Source of the DNA: a virus | Lineage: Duplodnaviria; Heunggongvirae; Uroviricota; Caudoviricetes | DNA: 64,000 nt | Virus record (IMG/VR): IMGVR_UViG_3300032236_001858 | Reading direction: 5' to 3' (one strand) | Shown here: positions 8,522 to 19,800 of the stretch, piece after piece | How positions within the stretch are numbered: the stretch's first letter is position 1 | Layout of the letters: each line of letters opens with the position of its first letter | Notes under the pieces: generated by a model | What the model was told of the DNA's origin: nothing | The model's input: only the letters and a program-made list of their open reading frames with translations | The model's database searches: none | Made by a program: the position numbers and the translations under genes

Positions 8522-8689
8522 ATGACTATATTCAAATATTTAGTAGATGGAAAACTTTACTTCTTGTACAATGGAGTAAATGGATATATTGCTATACCAT
8601 TTGAGCATAGTGGAAATACTATATCAAATCCAAATCTTGATGAATTTGTACCAGTGAAAATGGGCAATGGTTCTGATGGATTTGTATAA
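8522..8689 (+). CDS. small hypothetical protein (55 aa)
   Basis: ORF MTIFKYLVDG... fills the gap between tRNAs. Confidence 0.5.
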   Translation: MTIFKYLVDGKLYFLYNGVNGYIAIPFEHSGNTISNPNLDEFVPVKMGNGSDGFV

Positions 8690-8692
8690 AAT

Positions 8693-8767
8693 GCGAAAGT
8701 CGTATAGTGGCTATTATATCAGCTTGCCAAGCTGAGGACGGCAGTTCGATTCTGCTCTTTCGCTCCA
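8693..8767 (+). tRNA. tRNA-Gly (GCC)
   Basis: TCAGC-TT GCC AA-GCTGA, U73, encoded CCA. Confidence 0.9.
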
Positions 8768-8809
8768 ATATGCCGGATGATCCACCGTTGAATCGCGGTG
8801 CCGGCTCCA

Positions 8810-8883
8810 GGGGAATTAGCTCATTTGGCTAGAGCGCTTGTCTGGCAGACAAGAGGTGACGAGTTCAAATCTCGTATTCTCCA
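8810..8883 (+). tRNA. tRNA-Ala (GGC)
   Basis: CTTGT-CT GGC AG-ACAAG; G3:U70. Confidence 0.9.
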
Positions 8884-8890
8884 CTAATAA

Positions 8891-8970
8891 GCGGGTGTCG
8901 TATAGTGGCACGTAGTAGATTATGCCGGTCTTCCAAACCGGAGATGTGAGTTCGATTCTCATCACCCGCT
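8891..8970 (+). tRNA. tRNA-Gly (TCC), enlarged D loop
   Basis: CCGGT-CT TCC AA-ACCGG. Confidence 0.85.
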
Positions 8971-8977
8971 CAAAGAT

Positions 8978-9045
8978 AGTAGTAATGTACGAGTGTTACT
9001 TCGTATTTCCAACGACTAGTTCAGGTTCGAATCCTGGGTTCCGCT
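8978..9045 (+). pseudogene. degenerate tRNA-Gly (TCC)
   Basis: TT TCC AA loop, T arm and 3' GTTCCGCT kept; 5' acceptor strand lost. Confidence 0.5.
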
Positions 9046-9058
9046 CAAATGATAATAT

Positions 9059-9084
9059 GCGGGATTAGTGTAACGGTAGCACAG
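9059..9084 (+). pseudogene. 5' half of a tRNA-Gly
   Basis: GCGGGATTAGTGTAACGGTAGCACAG, then diverges. Confidence 0.5.
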
Positions 9085-9120
9085 TAAAAACACACTCAGC
9101 AAATTTTCTCTATCTTATTA

Positions 9121-9190
9121 GGGCCAGATGCCAACGGCAGGTCAACTCGCTTGCACCGAGATTGTTTGGGTTCGATTCCCACTGTGTCCA
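9121..9190 (+). tRNA. degenerate tRNA-Ala (TGC)
   Basis: CTCG-CT TGC AC-CGAG, G3:U70, bulged acceptor stem. Confidence 0.55.
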
Positions 9191-9346
9191 CTATATTTAT
9201 TTTTCATAGCTACCTAAACTTCAATATATTAATTATATATATACCATTAGATTAGATTAAAGAAAGGTTTTTAGACAGTTTAGTATTTTTAGATTAAAGA
9301 ATGACTTGAAGTTAGACAATTAACTAAAAAATAACTATGCTAAAAA

Positions 9347-12310
9347 ATGAAAAAGATCCTAAAGTTCTTACTAGTGTCATTGACTCTAGTATTTTTTGTG
9401 CCTAAACAAGCACAAGCCTCTCATTGCGCTGGAGCTGAATTATTATTCCAATGGCTTCATGACTCAACTTATCAACTTTATTACAAGTTTTACCGTGATT
9501 GTGCCGGTATTAATGAGCCAACAAATGTTACAGTTTGTTGTAGTAACAATTGTAATTCAACTACAATCAACGTAATTTTAAACAAAGTTACTACACTTAT
9601 TCCTCCTGGTGTAAATAATGGAAATGAAGTTGCTAGAGTTTGTCCTGGTATACATACCACTTGTGGTAATCCAGCCGGAACAACACCTGGCTACAGAGAA
9701 TGGTGGTATGCTAATACTGTAACTCTACCATCAAGATGTAACCACTGGACTTTTTCAGTAAGTCAGTCAGCTAGAAACTCTGGTATTACTAATTTATCTA
9801 ATCCAGGTTCTCAAAATCTTTATACAGAAGCCACACTTGATAATAGAGATGCTCAAGGTGATACCTCACCTTTCTTTTCTGTTAAGCCGGTCCCGTATAT
9901 CTGTGCTAATATACCATACACTTATAACAATGGAGCTTATGACTTAAATAACGACTCTATGGTGTTTAAAATTGTTCAACCAAATGGTGGCTCAGGTTGT
10001 CCTCCAACCACGTCAGCCATTGCTTTTGCTAATACAACACCAAGTTTAAATCTAACTGATAATCCTTTACAAACAAACAATACTTTTTCTATAAATGCTC
10101 AAAATGGATTGATGAGTTTTACTCCAGCTGGAACACAAATTGCAGTTGTAACTATTCAAGTAGATGAATATAGAAATGGTAGAAAAATTGGTTCTGTAAT
10201 GCGTGATATTCAAATTATTGTTTTGTCTTGTAATGTTCAGCAACCAGAAGTAAATATATCTGCTGCTTCTTTAAATAATGCAACTCTTGATAATAATGGA
10301 AACATTACAGCTTGTGCTGGAACACCTTTTAGTTTTTGTTTTGATGCTACAACACCAGATTCAAATGGTATTTTACTCGCATCTGATAACTCAAATATTG
10401 TAATGCCTAATTCAGTAGTATCATATACTAATCAAACTACAGATACGGTTACTGGTTGTTTTTCTTGGTGGCCTTCTGTGTATGATACAGGTTATAAAAT
10501 TTTTACAATAACTATAATGGATTCATCTTGTCGTCCTCCTGGCTTAATGTTTTCACAAACATTTACCTTACCAATTTATGTTTGGCCTGCGACTAATATT
10601 CTAAGTGATACCACAATCTGTAGAGGTGGTGCTGCAAATTTACTTGCTGTTGGTGGTGGAAATTTTATTTGGTCGGTTTTACCAGGAGGTTCTGCTTTAT
10701 CAACTTTAAACTGCACAAACTGCTCAAATCCAGTTGCTACTCCAATAATCACAACTCAGTATGTAGCTACATCTCAAATAACAAATGCTATTTGTAAAAA
10801 TAAAGATACGGTAACAGTAGCGGTTATTCAACCATTTCAGATTATACTACCTGATACAACAACATGTGTTAATAATTCTTTACAATTAAATGCAGTAGTT
10901 AATACAACAAATAATTATACTATATCCTGGACACCAAATACTTATTTAAGTAATGCTGGTATTAATAATCCAATTGTAACACCACCATCTGGTCAATCAT
11001 TGATAACTTACTATGTTAAAGTTTCTTCAATTGGTTCATCAGCTTGTTCAGTTACAGATACATTCAAATTAAAAGTTTTACAAGGATTTACTATCTATAA
11101 TCATGATACAACAATTTGTCTTGGTAAATCAGTAAATATAGCCGGCTCTGGTGATGCTTTATATAATTATACTTGGACACCAACCAGTGGTATAAGTACA
11201 ATACTTACACCATCAATAACACCAAATGTAGTTACAACAACAACGTATATTTTAACAGGTAAATATCCTGGTTGTAAAGATTCTACTAATAAAATTAAAA
11301 TCACAACAGAACCTGTACCAACTGTAGTAGCTGGTGCTGATAGACAAATATGTAGTGGTGATACTATTCATCTTACACCTTTAGTTACTCCAAGTTATCC
11401 ATATGTTTACACTTGGACACCAGGATCTTCATTAGATAATCCAAATTCTGAATTTGCTATCTTTTCAGGATTAATCACAACTCATTTATCACTAACTGTT
11501 AAATCACCAGTTGCTAATTGTTCATCAGCTGATAGTTTAATTATTAATGTAGTTAAACAATCTTTCTTAAAGGTTTCACCACAAGACACTTCAATTTGTC
11601 CATCTGATACAGTTATGATTAAATTAACCACACCTAATGATAAGTTAGTTATTTTTAATTGGAGCCCTCATAATTTTATCAGTGATTATAATTCAGTTAA
11701 TCCTTATTTATACCCACCAACATCAATGGTTTATACTGCTTGGGCTACTGATACAGCTGGTTGTAATGATACTATATCAGCTTATATTGAAATTAGACCA
11801 GGTGCTGTAATTGACATGCCTACATCAATTGGTTTATATCCTGGTGATTCTTATCAAATAACACCTCAAACTAACTGTACTAAATTTATTTGGTTTCCAT
11901 CAAGTGGTTTAAATTATGACTCATTATCAAATCCAACAGTGACCAACTTAGGAGTTAATACTAAGTATATAGTTATTGGTCAAACAGAATGGGGATGTAA
12001 AGTATCTGATTCAATAAATGTAATGGTTATTAATGATTCTTATATTGATATACCTAATGCTTTTTCACCTACAGGTGATCACAATAAAACACTAAAAGTA
12101 ATTCATTTAGGTTCTGCTACTCTTGAATATTTTAGAATATACAATAGATGGGGTAATAAAGTTTTTGAAACAAATGATATTAATGTTGGATGGGATGGTA
12201 CTTATAATGGTCAAGCTCAATCACAAGGTGTTTATGTTTATGAAGTAAAAGCAATAACATATAAAGGTAGGGTCTTTATTAAACAAGGCAATATAACTTT
12301 GATGAAATAA
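9347..12310 (+). CDS. secreted protein with T9SS type-B (gliding-motility-associated) C-terminal domain
   Basis: Signal peptide ..AQA-SHCAGAEL; Ig/PKD-like repeats; IPNAFSP..IYNRWGNKVF..GWDG..GVYVY..GNITL. Confidence 0.88.
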   Translation: MKKILKFLLVSLTLVFFVPKQAQASHCAGAELLFQWLHDSTYQLYYKFYRDCAGINEPTNVTVCCSNNCNSTTINVILNKVTTLIPPGVNNGNEVARVCPGIHTTCGNPAGTTPGYREWWYANTVTLPSRCNHWTFSVSQSARNSGITNLSNPGSQNLYTEATLDNRDAQGDTSPFFSVKPVPYICANIPYTYNNGAYDLNNDSMVFKIVQPNGGSGCPPTTSAIAFANTTPSLNLTDNPLQTNNTFSINAQNGLMSFTPAGTQIAVVTIQVDEYRNGRKIGSVMRDIQIIVLSCNVQQPEVNISAASLNNATLDNNGNITACAGTPFSFCFDATTPDSNGILLASDNSNIVMPNSVVSYTNQTTDTVTGCFSWWPSVYDTGYKIFTITIMDSSCRPPGLMFSQTFTLPIYVWPATNILSDTTICRGGAANLLAVGGGNFIWSVLPGGSALSTLNCTNCSNPVATPIITTQYVATSQITNAICKNKDTVTVAVIQPFQIILPDTTTCVNNSLQLNAVVNTTNNYTISWTPNTYLSNAGINNPIVTPPSGQSLITYYVKVSSIGSSACSVTDTFKLKVLQGFTIYNHDTTICLGKSVNIAGSGDALYNYTWTPTSGISTILTPSITPNVVTTTTYILTGKYPGCKDSTNKIKITTEPVPTVVAGADRQICSGDTIHLTPLVTPSYPYVYTWTPGSSLDNPNSEFAIFSGLITTHLSLTVKSPVANCSSADSLIINVVKQSFLKVSPQDTSICPSDTVMIKLTTPNDKLVIFNWSPHNFISDYNSVNPYLYPPTSMVYTAWATDTAGCNDTISAYIEIRPGAVIDMPTSIGLYPGDSYQITPQTNCTKFIWFPSSGLNYDSLSNPTVTNLGVNTKYIVIGQTEWGCKVSDSINVMVINDSYIDIPNAFSPTGDHNKTLKVIHLGSATLEYFRIYNRWGNKVFETNDINVGWDGTYNGQAQSQGVYVYEVKAITYKGRVFIKQGNITLMK

Positions 12311-12314
12311 AAAT

Positions 12315-12343
12315 AAAACCCATCTTAAAAAGATGGGTTTTTT
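12315..12343. terminator. bidirectional intrinsic terminator
   Basis: AAAACCCATCT-TAAAA-AGATGGGTTTTTT. Confidence 0.85.
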
Positions 12344-12374
12344 ATTTTAAAACTTTTCCAGTAATAATAATTGT

Positions 12375-12578
12375 CTATTTGTTTAAAACATAATTTTGGT
12401 ACATTGATTCGATGTCAATATCTTCTGTACCTCCAACACTAGTAACATCAAAAAAATCAAGTTCATATTTCTCTCTTTCAGCAGTAGTTAATCCATTCCA
12501 CCATTTTAGTGCCTTATCTCTAATTTTTTCAGAGTTATCACTTTTTGAAAAAAATTCAAACAATTTAATATATTTCAT
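12375..12578 (-). CDS. hypothetical protein with MKYIK..FE tag
   Basis: Starts MKYIKLFEF. Confidence 0.7.
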   Translation of the reverse strand: MKYIKLFEFFSKSDNSEKIRDKALKWWNGLTTAEREKYELDFFDVTSVGGTEDIDIESMYQNYVLNK

Positions 12579-12726
12579 AAGATAGATTTTATTTTATTTA
12601 TATATAAAATTTGTAGAATTAGAATCTTTATCGTATATTTGTAATATAATATCAACTATCATTTTTCTTTGTCAAAAGGTGGTGAAAAAATTTCAAAGAA
12701 ATTTGAATTAAAAAGAAAAATGTAGT

Positions 12727-13545
12727 ATGAAAAACAAAGACTTCGGTGATCGTATGAAAATGTACGAAAACCAAACCTGCGGAATCAGATTGATTCCCAG
12801 AATTCCGGTAATTGCTCGCCTTGATGGAAAAGGCTTTTCCAAATTCACTAAAGGTCTTAAAAGACCGTATGATGAAAGATTATCACGTTTGATGGCTGAA
12901 ACAACTAAGTATTTAGTTAAAGAAACTAATGCTAATTGTGGATATACTCAATCAGATGAAATTACTTTAATGTGGTACACTGATAAGATTGATGCTTCAA
13001 TTTACTTTGATGGTCGTCTTTTCAAAATGTTATCTGATCTTTCAGCAATGGCTTCTGTATTTTTTAACAGAAAACTTAGTGAATATCTTCCAGAAAAGTC
13101 TGACAAGATGCCAAGGTTTGACTGTAGAGTTTACAATGTACCTACTTTAGATGAGGCTATGAATTCATTCCTTTGGAGAGAACAAGATGCTACTAAGAAC
13201 TCAATTACTATGGCGGCTTCTGCTTATTACTCTCACAAAGAGTTAATGAATAAGAATGGATCTGAAAAACAAGAAATGCTTTTTCAAAAAGGTGTTAATT
13301 GGAATGATTATCCAACTTTTTTCAAAAGAGGTTCTTATGTACAAAGAAAAAGAGTTTTAACTCCTTTCACTGCTGAAGAAATTGAAAGATTACCAGCTAA
13401 ACACAATGCTAGAAAAGACCCTAGTATGTTAATTGAAAGATGGGTTATTGATGTAGTTGAACTACCTAAATTATCAAGTATTGAAAACTCAGTTGAAGTT
13501 ATTGTATTTGGTGAAGAACCTAAACTAAAAAGTCCAGTTATTTAA
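12727..13545 (+). CDS. thg1: tRNA-His guanylyltransferase Thg1-like protein
   Basis: ARLDGKGFSKFT, YTQSDEITL, PRFDCR, WREQDATKNS. Confidence 0.92.
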   Translation: MKNKDFGDRMKMYENQTCGIRLIPRIPVIARLDGKGFSKFTKGLKRPYDERLSRLMAETTKYLVKETNANCGYTQSDEITLMWYTDKIDASIYFDGRLFKMLSDLSAMASVFFNRKLSEYLPEKSDKMPRFDCRVYNVPTLDEAMNSFLWREQDATKNSITMAASAYYSHKELMNKNGSEKQEMLFQKGVNWNDYPTFFKRGSYVQRKRVLTPFTAEEIERLPAKHNARKDPSMLIERWVIDVVELPKLSSIENSVEVIVFGEEPKLKSPVI

Positions 13546-13552
13546 CTGGACT

Positions 13553-14224
13553 TTATTTTAAATCAAAGACTATAATTTCCGACTCTTCTTTTGGTGAAAT
13601 ATCTATTAAATTCTCTTCTATGTAACTTAAACCATCACCTTCGATTAGTTCTAATCCATTTATAGTAACTGAACCAGTTACAATGTATAAATAGTATTTT
13701 CTATTATTATTAATTTCAAAAGTAAAATCTTCAGTAAAAATACCTGCTAATAGTTTAGCATCTTGTTTAATTGGTAACTTTTCTGTTATATCACAGAATT
13801 TATTTAATTTATCTTCTCTTGTGAATTGATACCAATCGTGATAAGAATCTGTATTAAATTCATTTGGTCTAATCCATAGTTGTAAATAACGATTTGGTTT
13901 ATCAGAAGCATTACCTTCAGTGTGCCAGATACTTTTACCAGCGCTCATTCTTTGTACAGCACCTGCCGGTATATCTAAAACTTTACCATGACTATCTGTG
14001 TGACGACAAGTTCCTTCCACAACATATCCAAATATTTCCATATTTTGGTGTTCGTGCCAAGGAACGTGTCCATTAGGTTGAACTCTATCATCGTTGATAG
14101 TTTGAAGGTCACTAAAGTTCATATAACGAGCATCATAATAAGCTGGAAAACTAAAAGTTCTATATGAATTAATCCAACTAGCTCTAGGGTTACCTCTTGT
14201 ATTATATGGTCTATGTACTATCAT
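13553..14224 (-). CDS. pirin family protein
   Basis: HEHQNMEI, HTDSHG, QRMSAGKSIWHTE, YLQLWI. Confidence 0.92.
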   Translation of the reverse strand: MIVHRPYNTRGNPRASWINSYRTFSFPAYYDARYMNFSDLQTINDDRVQPNGHVPWHEHQNMEIFGYVVEGTCRHTDSHGKVLDIPAGAVQRMSAGKSIWHTEGNASDKPNRYLQLWIRPNEFNTDSYHDWYQFTREDKLNKFCDITEKLPIKQDAKLLAGIFTEDFTFEINNNRKYYLYIVTGSVTINGLELIEGDGLSYIEENLIDISPKEESEIIVFDLK

Positions 14225-14234
14225 AAATTATATA

Positions 14235-15044
14235 TTAACACCAGTTATTACCCTCTGATGATACTAAAGGTGTGTAAATTGTAAATGTAGCAGGGAAGTA
14301 AAATGTTCCGGCTAAACTAGGGTTTACCGGATAACCTGGTCCACTATTTAAGTACCAATCATTATAAGCGGTATCAACCGCGCTAATAAGAAATTGATTA
14401 TAACTAGAATTTACTCCAATTCTAACAAGTCCAGTACTTATAGAACTACCAGCACCCCAAGTTACGTTAAATATATAACCATCAGCATTTGTTCCTAAAC
14501 TATTAGTGTTAAATATATTTGTAATTTCTGATAATTTTTGAGATGTTAATGCGTAATTAACAATTTGAAATATTATATTATCATTACCAGCTGAAATATA
14601 TCCTAATAATCCATTAGTAGTAATTCCGCTACCAGTACCCAAAAGATTTGCGATGTCTGCTGTAGCTATTGTAAATGTAACTAAACCCCAAGAAGTCCAG
14701 TAACCATTATTATTTAACCAAGTTTTAGCATCATCACCAGTTGTGAAATTTTGACCAGTAAGGTTATTTGCTTCTTCAAGAAAAGAAGCTTCTGTTAAAG
14801 TTGCTGATCTGCGAAAAGCAACATAAGCAAAAACACCATAAACCGGTGTGTGTTGGTCACCATTTAAATTAGGCTTAGCGATTACATATCCTATTGATTC
14901 ATCTGGTCCATTCCACCATTGTAATCCGGTTGAATCAAATCCAGCAATTGGTGTTCCAATTGCTAAACTTCCAACTTGGTCAGTTCCGGATATTGGCGCA
15001 CCGGTGTTATATGCGAAGGGTCTACTTACTTGAGGTCTTGACAT
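14235..15044 (-). CDS. hypothetical (possibly virion) protein
   Basis: N-terminal PFAYNTGAPISGTDQVGSLAIG domain resembles the N-terminus of 35880-38111. Confidence 0.65.
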   Translation of the reverse strand: MSRPQVSRPFAYNTGAPISGTDQVGSLAIGTPIAGFDSTGLQWWNGPDESIGYVIAKPNLNGDQHTPVYGVFAYVAFRRSATLTEASFLEEANNLTGQNFTTGDDAKTWLNNNGYWTSWGLVTFTIATADIANLLGTGSGITTNGLLGYISAGNDNIIFQIVNYALTSQKLSEITNIFNTNSLGTNADGYIFNVTWGAGSSISTGLVRIGVNSSYNQFLISAVDTAYNDWYLNSGPGYPVNPSLAGTFYFPATFTIYTPLVSSEGNNWC

Positions 15045-15660
15045 CTTTATTAAATATTTTTTCTAAATACAAGTAAATGTATTTTTTGTATCTATTAATT
15101 GTTTTTTCATCACAGAAACGTTTAATATCAGCCCAAAGGTGACCAGCTTGTCCACCAACACCTCTTTGTAATTTCTCCATACCTTTTTCCACACTTTTTG
15201 TAACTTTAGCAAGTTCATTAGCAATTGTAAAAGAGAAAGCCATAACTTCTTCTTTATTAGAAAAATAAGATTTTCTATCAAGAGGGCTTGGTAGATTATA
15301 ATCTATTTTACCTTTTCTTAAACTTTGTTCAGCGTGAACTCTTTCGTGACTAATGATATCTAACATAATTTCCTTGAAGTTAGGAATAAATCTAGCAGCA
15401 TTTACATCTACTAAAACAAACATAGGTTTTTTTCTAACTGGATTGAAAAGAGCAAAGAAAGGAACACCCATTCTTGGCGGTGCTGATTTTTTATTTTCTT
15501 CACTTAATGAATTAAAGAACTCATCATAACCAACAACATCAAAGCCATTTCTTTCACCGAATTCTTTAGCTGATTCAAAAGAATTAACAGGTGCTTTATC
15601 CTCAATTGGTGTTGGCATAATAACTGCTTCAAATATGTTAAAAGGTTTTAGATGTTTCAT
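15022..15660 (-). CDS. hypothetical protein with MKHLK..FE tag
   Basis: Start moved to MKHLKPFNIFEA, 5 nt below a TAATATATA box; HERVH resembles HExxH. Confidence 0.7.
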   Translation of the reverse strand: MKHLKPFNIFEAVIMPTPIEDKAPVNSFESAKEFGERNGFDVVGYDEFFNSLSEENKKSAPPRMGVPFFALFNPVRKKPMFVLVDVNAARFIPNFKEIMLDIISHERVHAEQSLRKGKIDYNLPSPLDRKSYFSNKEEVMAFSFTIANELAKVTKSVEKGMEKLQRGVGGQAGHLWADIKRFCDEKTINRYKKYIYLYLEKIFNKDVKTSSK

Positions 15661-15710
15661 AAAAGTATATATTAAAATAAACAAGTTGATAATTTTAAAT
15701 TATAAGATTT

Positions 15711-16370
15711 ATGGAATTATTTCACTTTGATATTGAAACTGCGGGAAATTATAAAGATTATGATTCCTTCTTAGATAATGATGAAAGAGGAGCTAAACTC
15801 TTTGCTGGTAAGTATGAAAAAATGAACTGGTCAGAAAAATACACTGATATCAATGAGGCTTATCTCGAAAATGCTGGTATCATTTCTACTTATGGTAGAA
15901 TCGTTTGTATTTCTTTTGGGTATATTGATAATGAAGGTAATAATAAAATATCATCTTTTTATGGAGATGATGAAGAGGATATTGTTAATTCATTTAACAA
16001 CTTGTTGAAGAAGATTGAAACTAAGAGTTTTAATCTTAGTGGGTTCAGAATCAATTATTTCGACCTGCCTTGGTTGCTCCACAAACTACATAAATACGGC
16101 ATTGAACCAGCAAATATGATTTACTTATATGATAAAAAGCCTTGGGACTTGCGTGTTGTTGATATGTCGGATGATTGGAAAGGTAAGTTTGCTTGGGCAT
16201 TCTCGTTTGACGAAATGTGTTATGAATTAGGCGTGGTATCACCAAAAGATATTATCAATGGTTCTGATGTTCATAAGTATTACTGGTCTGGTAAGATTGA
16301 ACAAATTAAGACTTACTGTGAGAAAGACGTTCATTCATCAATTGAAGTTTCTAAAAAATTGTATAAGTAG
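15711..16370 (+). CDS. PolB-type 3'-5' exonuclease-like protein
   Basis: FDIET (ExoI), FDLPWL (ExoII), YCEKD (ExoIII). Confidence 0.85.
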   Translation: MELFHFDIETAGNYKDYDSFLDNDERGAKLFAGKYEKMNWSEKYTDINEAYLENAGIISTYGRIVCISFGYIDNEGNNKISSFYGDDEEDIVNSFNNLLKKIETKSFNLSGFRINYFDLPWLLHKLHKYGIEPANMIYLYDKKPWDLRVVDMSDDWKGKFAWAFSFDEMCYELGVVSPKDIINGSDVHKYYWSGKIEQIKTYCEKDVHSSIEVSKKLYK

Positions 16371-16735
16371 TGAATAGAATAATACTATACATTGACCGTG
16401 ATTGGAATTATATAGATTTAATAATATCAGATAGAGACTTTGAGACTCTTAAAGAATTACATACGATTAATTTTGATGTAGAGTTTGATATTTCATTTGA
16501 TAATAAAACTCTTGATGAATCGTTAAATCATGAAAATCTTAAATATAGAAGAGATTATTTATTTGATAGTCTTTTACAAAATGGAGTTGATAAAATATTT
16601 ATTGAAAAATCACTTAGTTTAGGTTTGCCAATACCTGGTCATCTTTATAGAAACAATCATCCATTTGATATTGATAAAGCTTGGAGAGTTTCTTATAATA
16701 GAGACCAAAAAATAAATAAAATATTAAAAAATTAA
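16370..16735 (+). CDS. hypothetical protein with C-terminal RDxKI motif
   Basis: Ends NRDQKINKILKN. Confidence 0.65.
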   Translation: MNRIILYIDRDWNYIDLIISDRDFETLKELHTINFDVEFDISFDNKTLDESLNHENLKYRRDYLFDSLLQNGVDKIFIEKSLSLGLPIPGHLYRNNHPFDIDKAWRVSYNRDQKINKILKN

Positions 16736-16810
16736 TTTTTTTCAGATATTTATGATTTTGAACATTGTTAAGTCAATTAACTTCCTTATCTTTGTAAAAA
16801 TAAACACCAA

Positions 16811-19800
16811 ATGAAGGAAATCATATACGTCTATACAACAGATACTTACAAAAGTAAAAATTGGTTTAAAATTGGAATGACTAATCAAGAGTCAGGCTCA
16901 GTTCGTATTTCTCAACAGGATGGAACATCAAATCCAGAGAGATTAGAAAAAAAATATGAAATGGACATTTCGGGAGAAACCGAATTATCTGCTTATGAGG
17001 TTGAACAAAAAATTCACAGGTATTATGATAGACTTGGTAAAAGAGTTCGTGATAATCGTGAATGGTTTGAGGTTGAAGGTGGTGTTGATGAAATTAAAAA
17101 AGTTATTGAATCTATTTTAGATAATTCGGACTTACATAAATCTCAAATTAAATTAAAGCCACATCAAATTGAAGCAAACATTAAAATTAATGAATGTTTT
17201 AATTCTGATGATAAAAAATGTCTCTTGGCGCACAAACCAAGATCTGGTAAAACATTTACAACAATCTTTAATATTAAAGAAAATAACTACAAAAATGTTG
17301 TTATTTTAACTTCATATCCTATCTTAAATTATCAATGGGAGGAAGTTATAACTAGTTTTAAAGGATTTTCTAATACTGAAATTATTATTGGATCTGGCTT
17401 ATCTAAAATTGAATTAAATTCAGAAAAAAATTCTATTGTTCTTCTTTCATTACAAGATGTTAAAGGTGGTGAAGAAGTTTTTGAAAAAGAAAAGTTTGAC
17501 CTAATTAAGGATATTGAGTTTGATTTACTCGTTATTGATGAGGTTCACTATGGAGTTGAGACGGAGAAAACACAAAATTTCCTTAACAAGATTAAATTTA
17601 CAAGAATGTTGGGTTTATCAGCAACACCAACAAGAAATCTATTATGTGGTAGATTCTCTAAAGATCAAATTCACAATTATACATTAGTTGAAGAGGTTCA
17701 ATTAAAGAAACAATATCCAGATTTATATCCTTATGCTGATATTAATTTTCTTATTTGGAATTTATCTAATAATGAAAAGTCCGAGTTGAAATATTTTTCA
17801 GATGAAGAGCAATTCAAGTTTGATAAGTTTTTCAGAATTGAAGGTGGTGAATTCTATTACAAATCAGATATTATATTTCTATTTAAGAAATTAATTGGTG
17901 ATAAGGATATTTGTCGTAGAGATAAGCTAGGAACATCATATCCATTTAAAAATAATGGCGAGTTTTCTGTTATAAAGTCAATTTTATTATTTGTTCCGGG
18001 TATAGATGTTCAATATAAATTGAAATCACTTCTGGAAGAATTAGAATCATATGATGATTTTAATATTCATATTACAAATAGTAATGAGTATTCCTCCAAG
18101 AAATTAATAAGTAAGATTAAGAGAGACTTCAAGTCCGGTGATAAAAGAAGTCTAATTTTAGCAGTAGACCAATTAACAACAGGCATCACTTTGGATGATT
18201 GTGATATGTCAGCTTTAATGAATGATTGGAGATCAGTTGATAAATATGTTCAATCATCATTTAGGTGCCAATCACCAAGAGAAGGTAAGAATAATTGTTT
18301 TGTATTGGACTTCAATGCTGCTAGAAGTTTTGAATTGATGTGGGAATATCAAAATATCATTTCAAAAAATAATGGTAAACAATTGACTGAAAATATTTTG
18401 GACTGGGTGGAATGTGTCAATATTTTCAATAGAGTTGACGGTGAACTTAAAAGAGTTGATTTTGATGGTTTTAATAGTGAGTACAACAAGGCTGTTTTAG
18501 AGAGACCAAGGTTTAATTATCAATCTGTTATTTTATCTGAGAAATTATCAGATGTTGAAGTTGGAAAGGCTTTACAAGCAATTGGTGTAAAAGGTGGTTC
18601 ATCTTCTTCTGATGAATATTTAAATGATGATGGTATTGAACGTGGTAAGAGTAAGGAAGGTGTCAAAGGTGGTAGTAAAAAGACTGATAAGAAAGACGAA
18701 ATAAGTCAAGTTAAATTAATGGAGATTGCTAAAGCATTAGTTGATAAAACTATGTTGTTAAGTATATTTACTTACTTTAAACATGATAATGTTGATGATT
18801 GCTTTAAGGCATTGTTGGAAGATAATACGATAGTTGAAGGAATTGGAGAATTGGGAAGAAAGATGTATTTAGAGACATTATTACTAGGAATGAATGATGT
18901 TGACAATATTAATTTAGGTGTTATTAAGTTCATTTATGATAATATTTTTGACAAGGATGTAATCAATAAAAAGTTATATCTATTCAACCAAAACGTAAAT
19001 TTAATATATAATAGTATCGGGGAAAATCCTGGTGATATTAGTACTATGTTAGTAAATTTAATGGAATTGGTGGATAGTTATTTGAAGCCCTCAAATACAG
19101 AGAAGAAAATGCTTGGTGAAGTTTTCACCAGTTTAGAATTAGTTGAAGAAATGTTGAATAAACTTCCAGTTGAAGTTTGGTCTAATCCTGATTTAAAATT
19201 TTTGGATCCATCAAATGGAATTGGAAATTTTCCAGTTATTCTTGTTAAGAAGTTAATGGTTGGATTGAAAGAATGGCAACCTGACTCAGAATTGAGATTA
19301 AAACATATCTTAGAAAATCAAATTTATGTTTGTGAATTACAATCTAAGAATATGTTTATTTACTTACAATTATTTGATTCAGAAAATCAATATAAGCTAA
19401 ATTTTCATAGAGGATCTTTCCTAGATGAAAATTTTACAGAAGTTATGAAGAAATGGGGAGTTGATAAATTTGATGTTGTTGTCGGTAATCCTCCTTATAA
19501 CAATGACCAAAAAGCGGAAGGTAAAAGAGGCGGTGGTGATACTTTGTGGGATAAATTTGTTATAAAAATCATTAATTCATTTTTAAAGGAAAATGGATAT
19601 TTGGTTTTTGTTCACCCTACTCTTTGGAGAAAACCTCAATCTGATAGAAGTACATCAAAAGATGTAAGTGAATTAATGATGAAAAAACAAATTCATTATT
19701 TAGAGTGCCATGACTCAAATGATGGAATGAAAGTTTTCAATGCTGGAACAAGATATGATTTTTACGTTTTGGAAAATTGTTCTATATATAAAGAAACATT

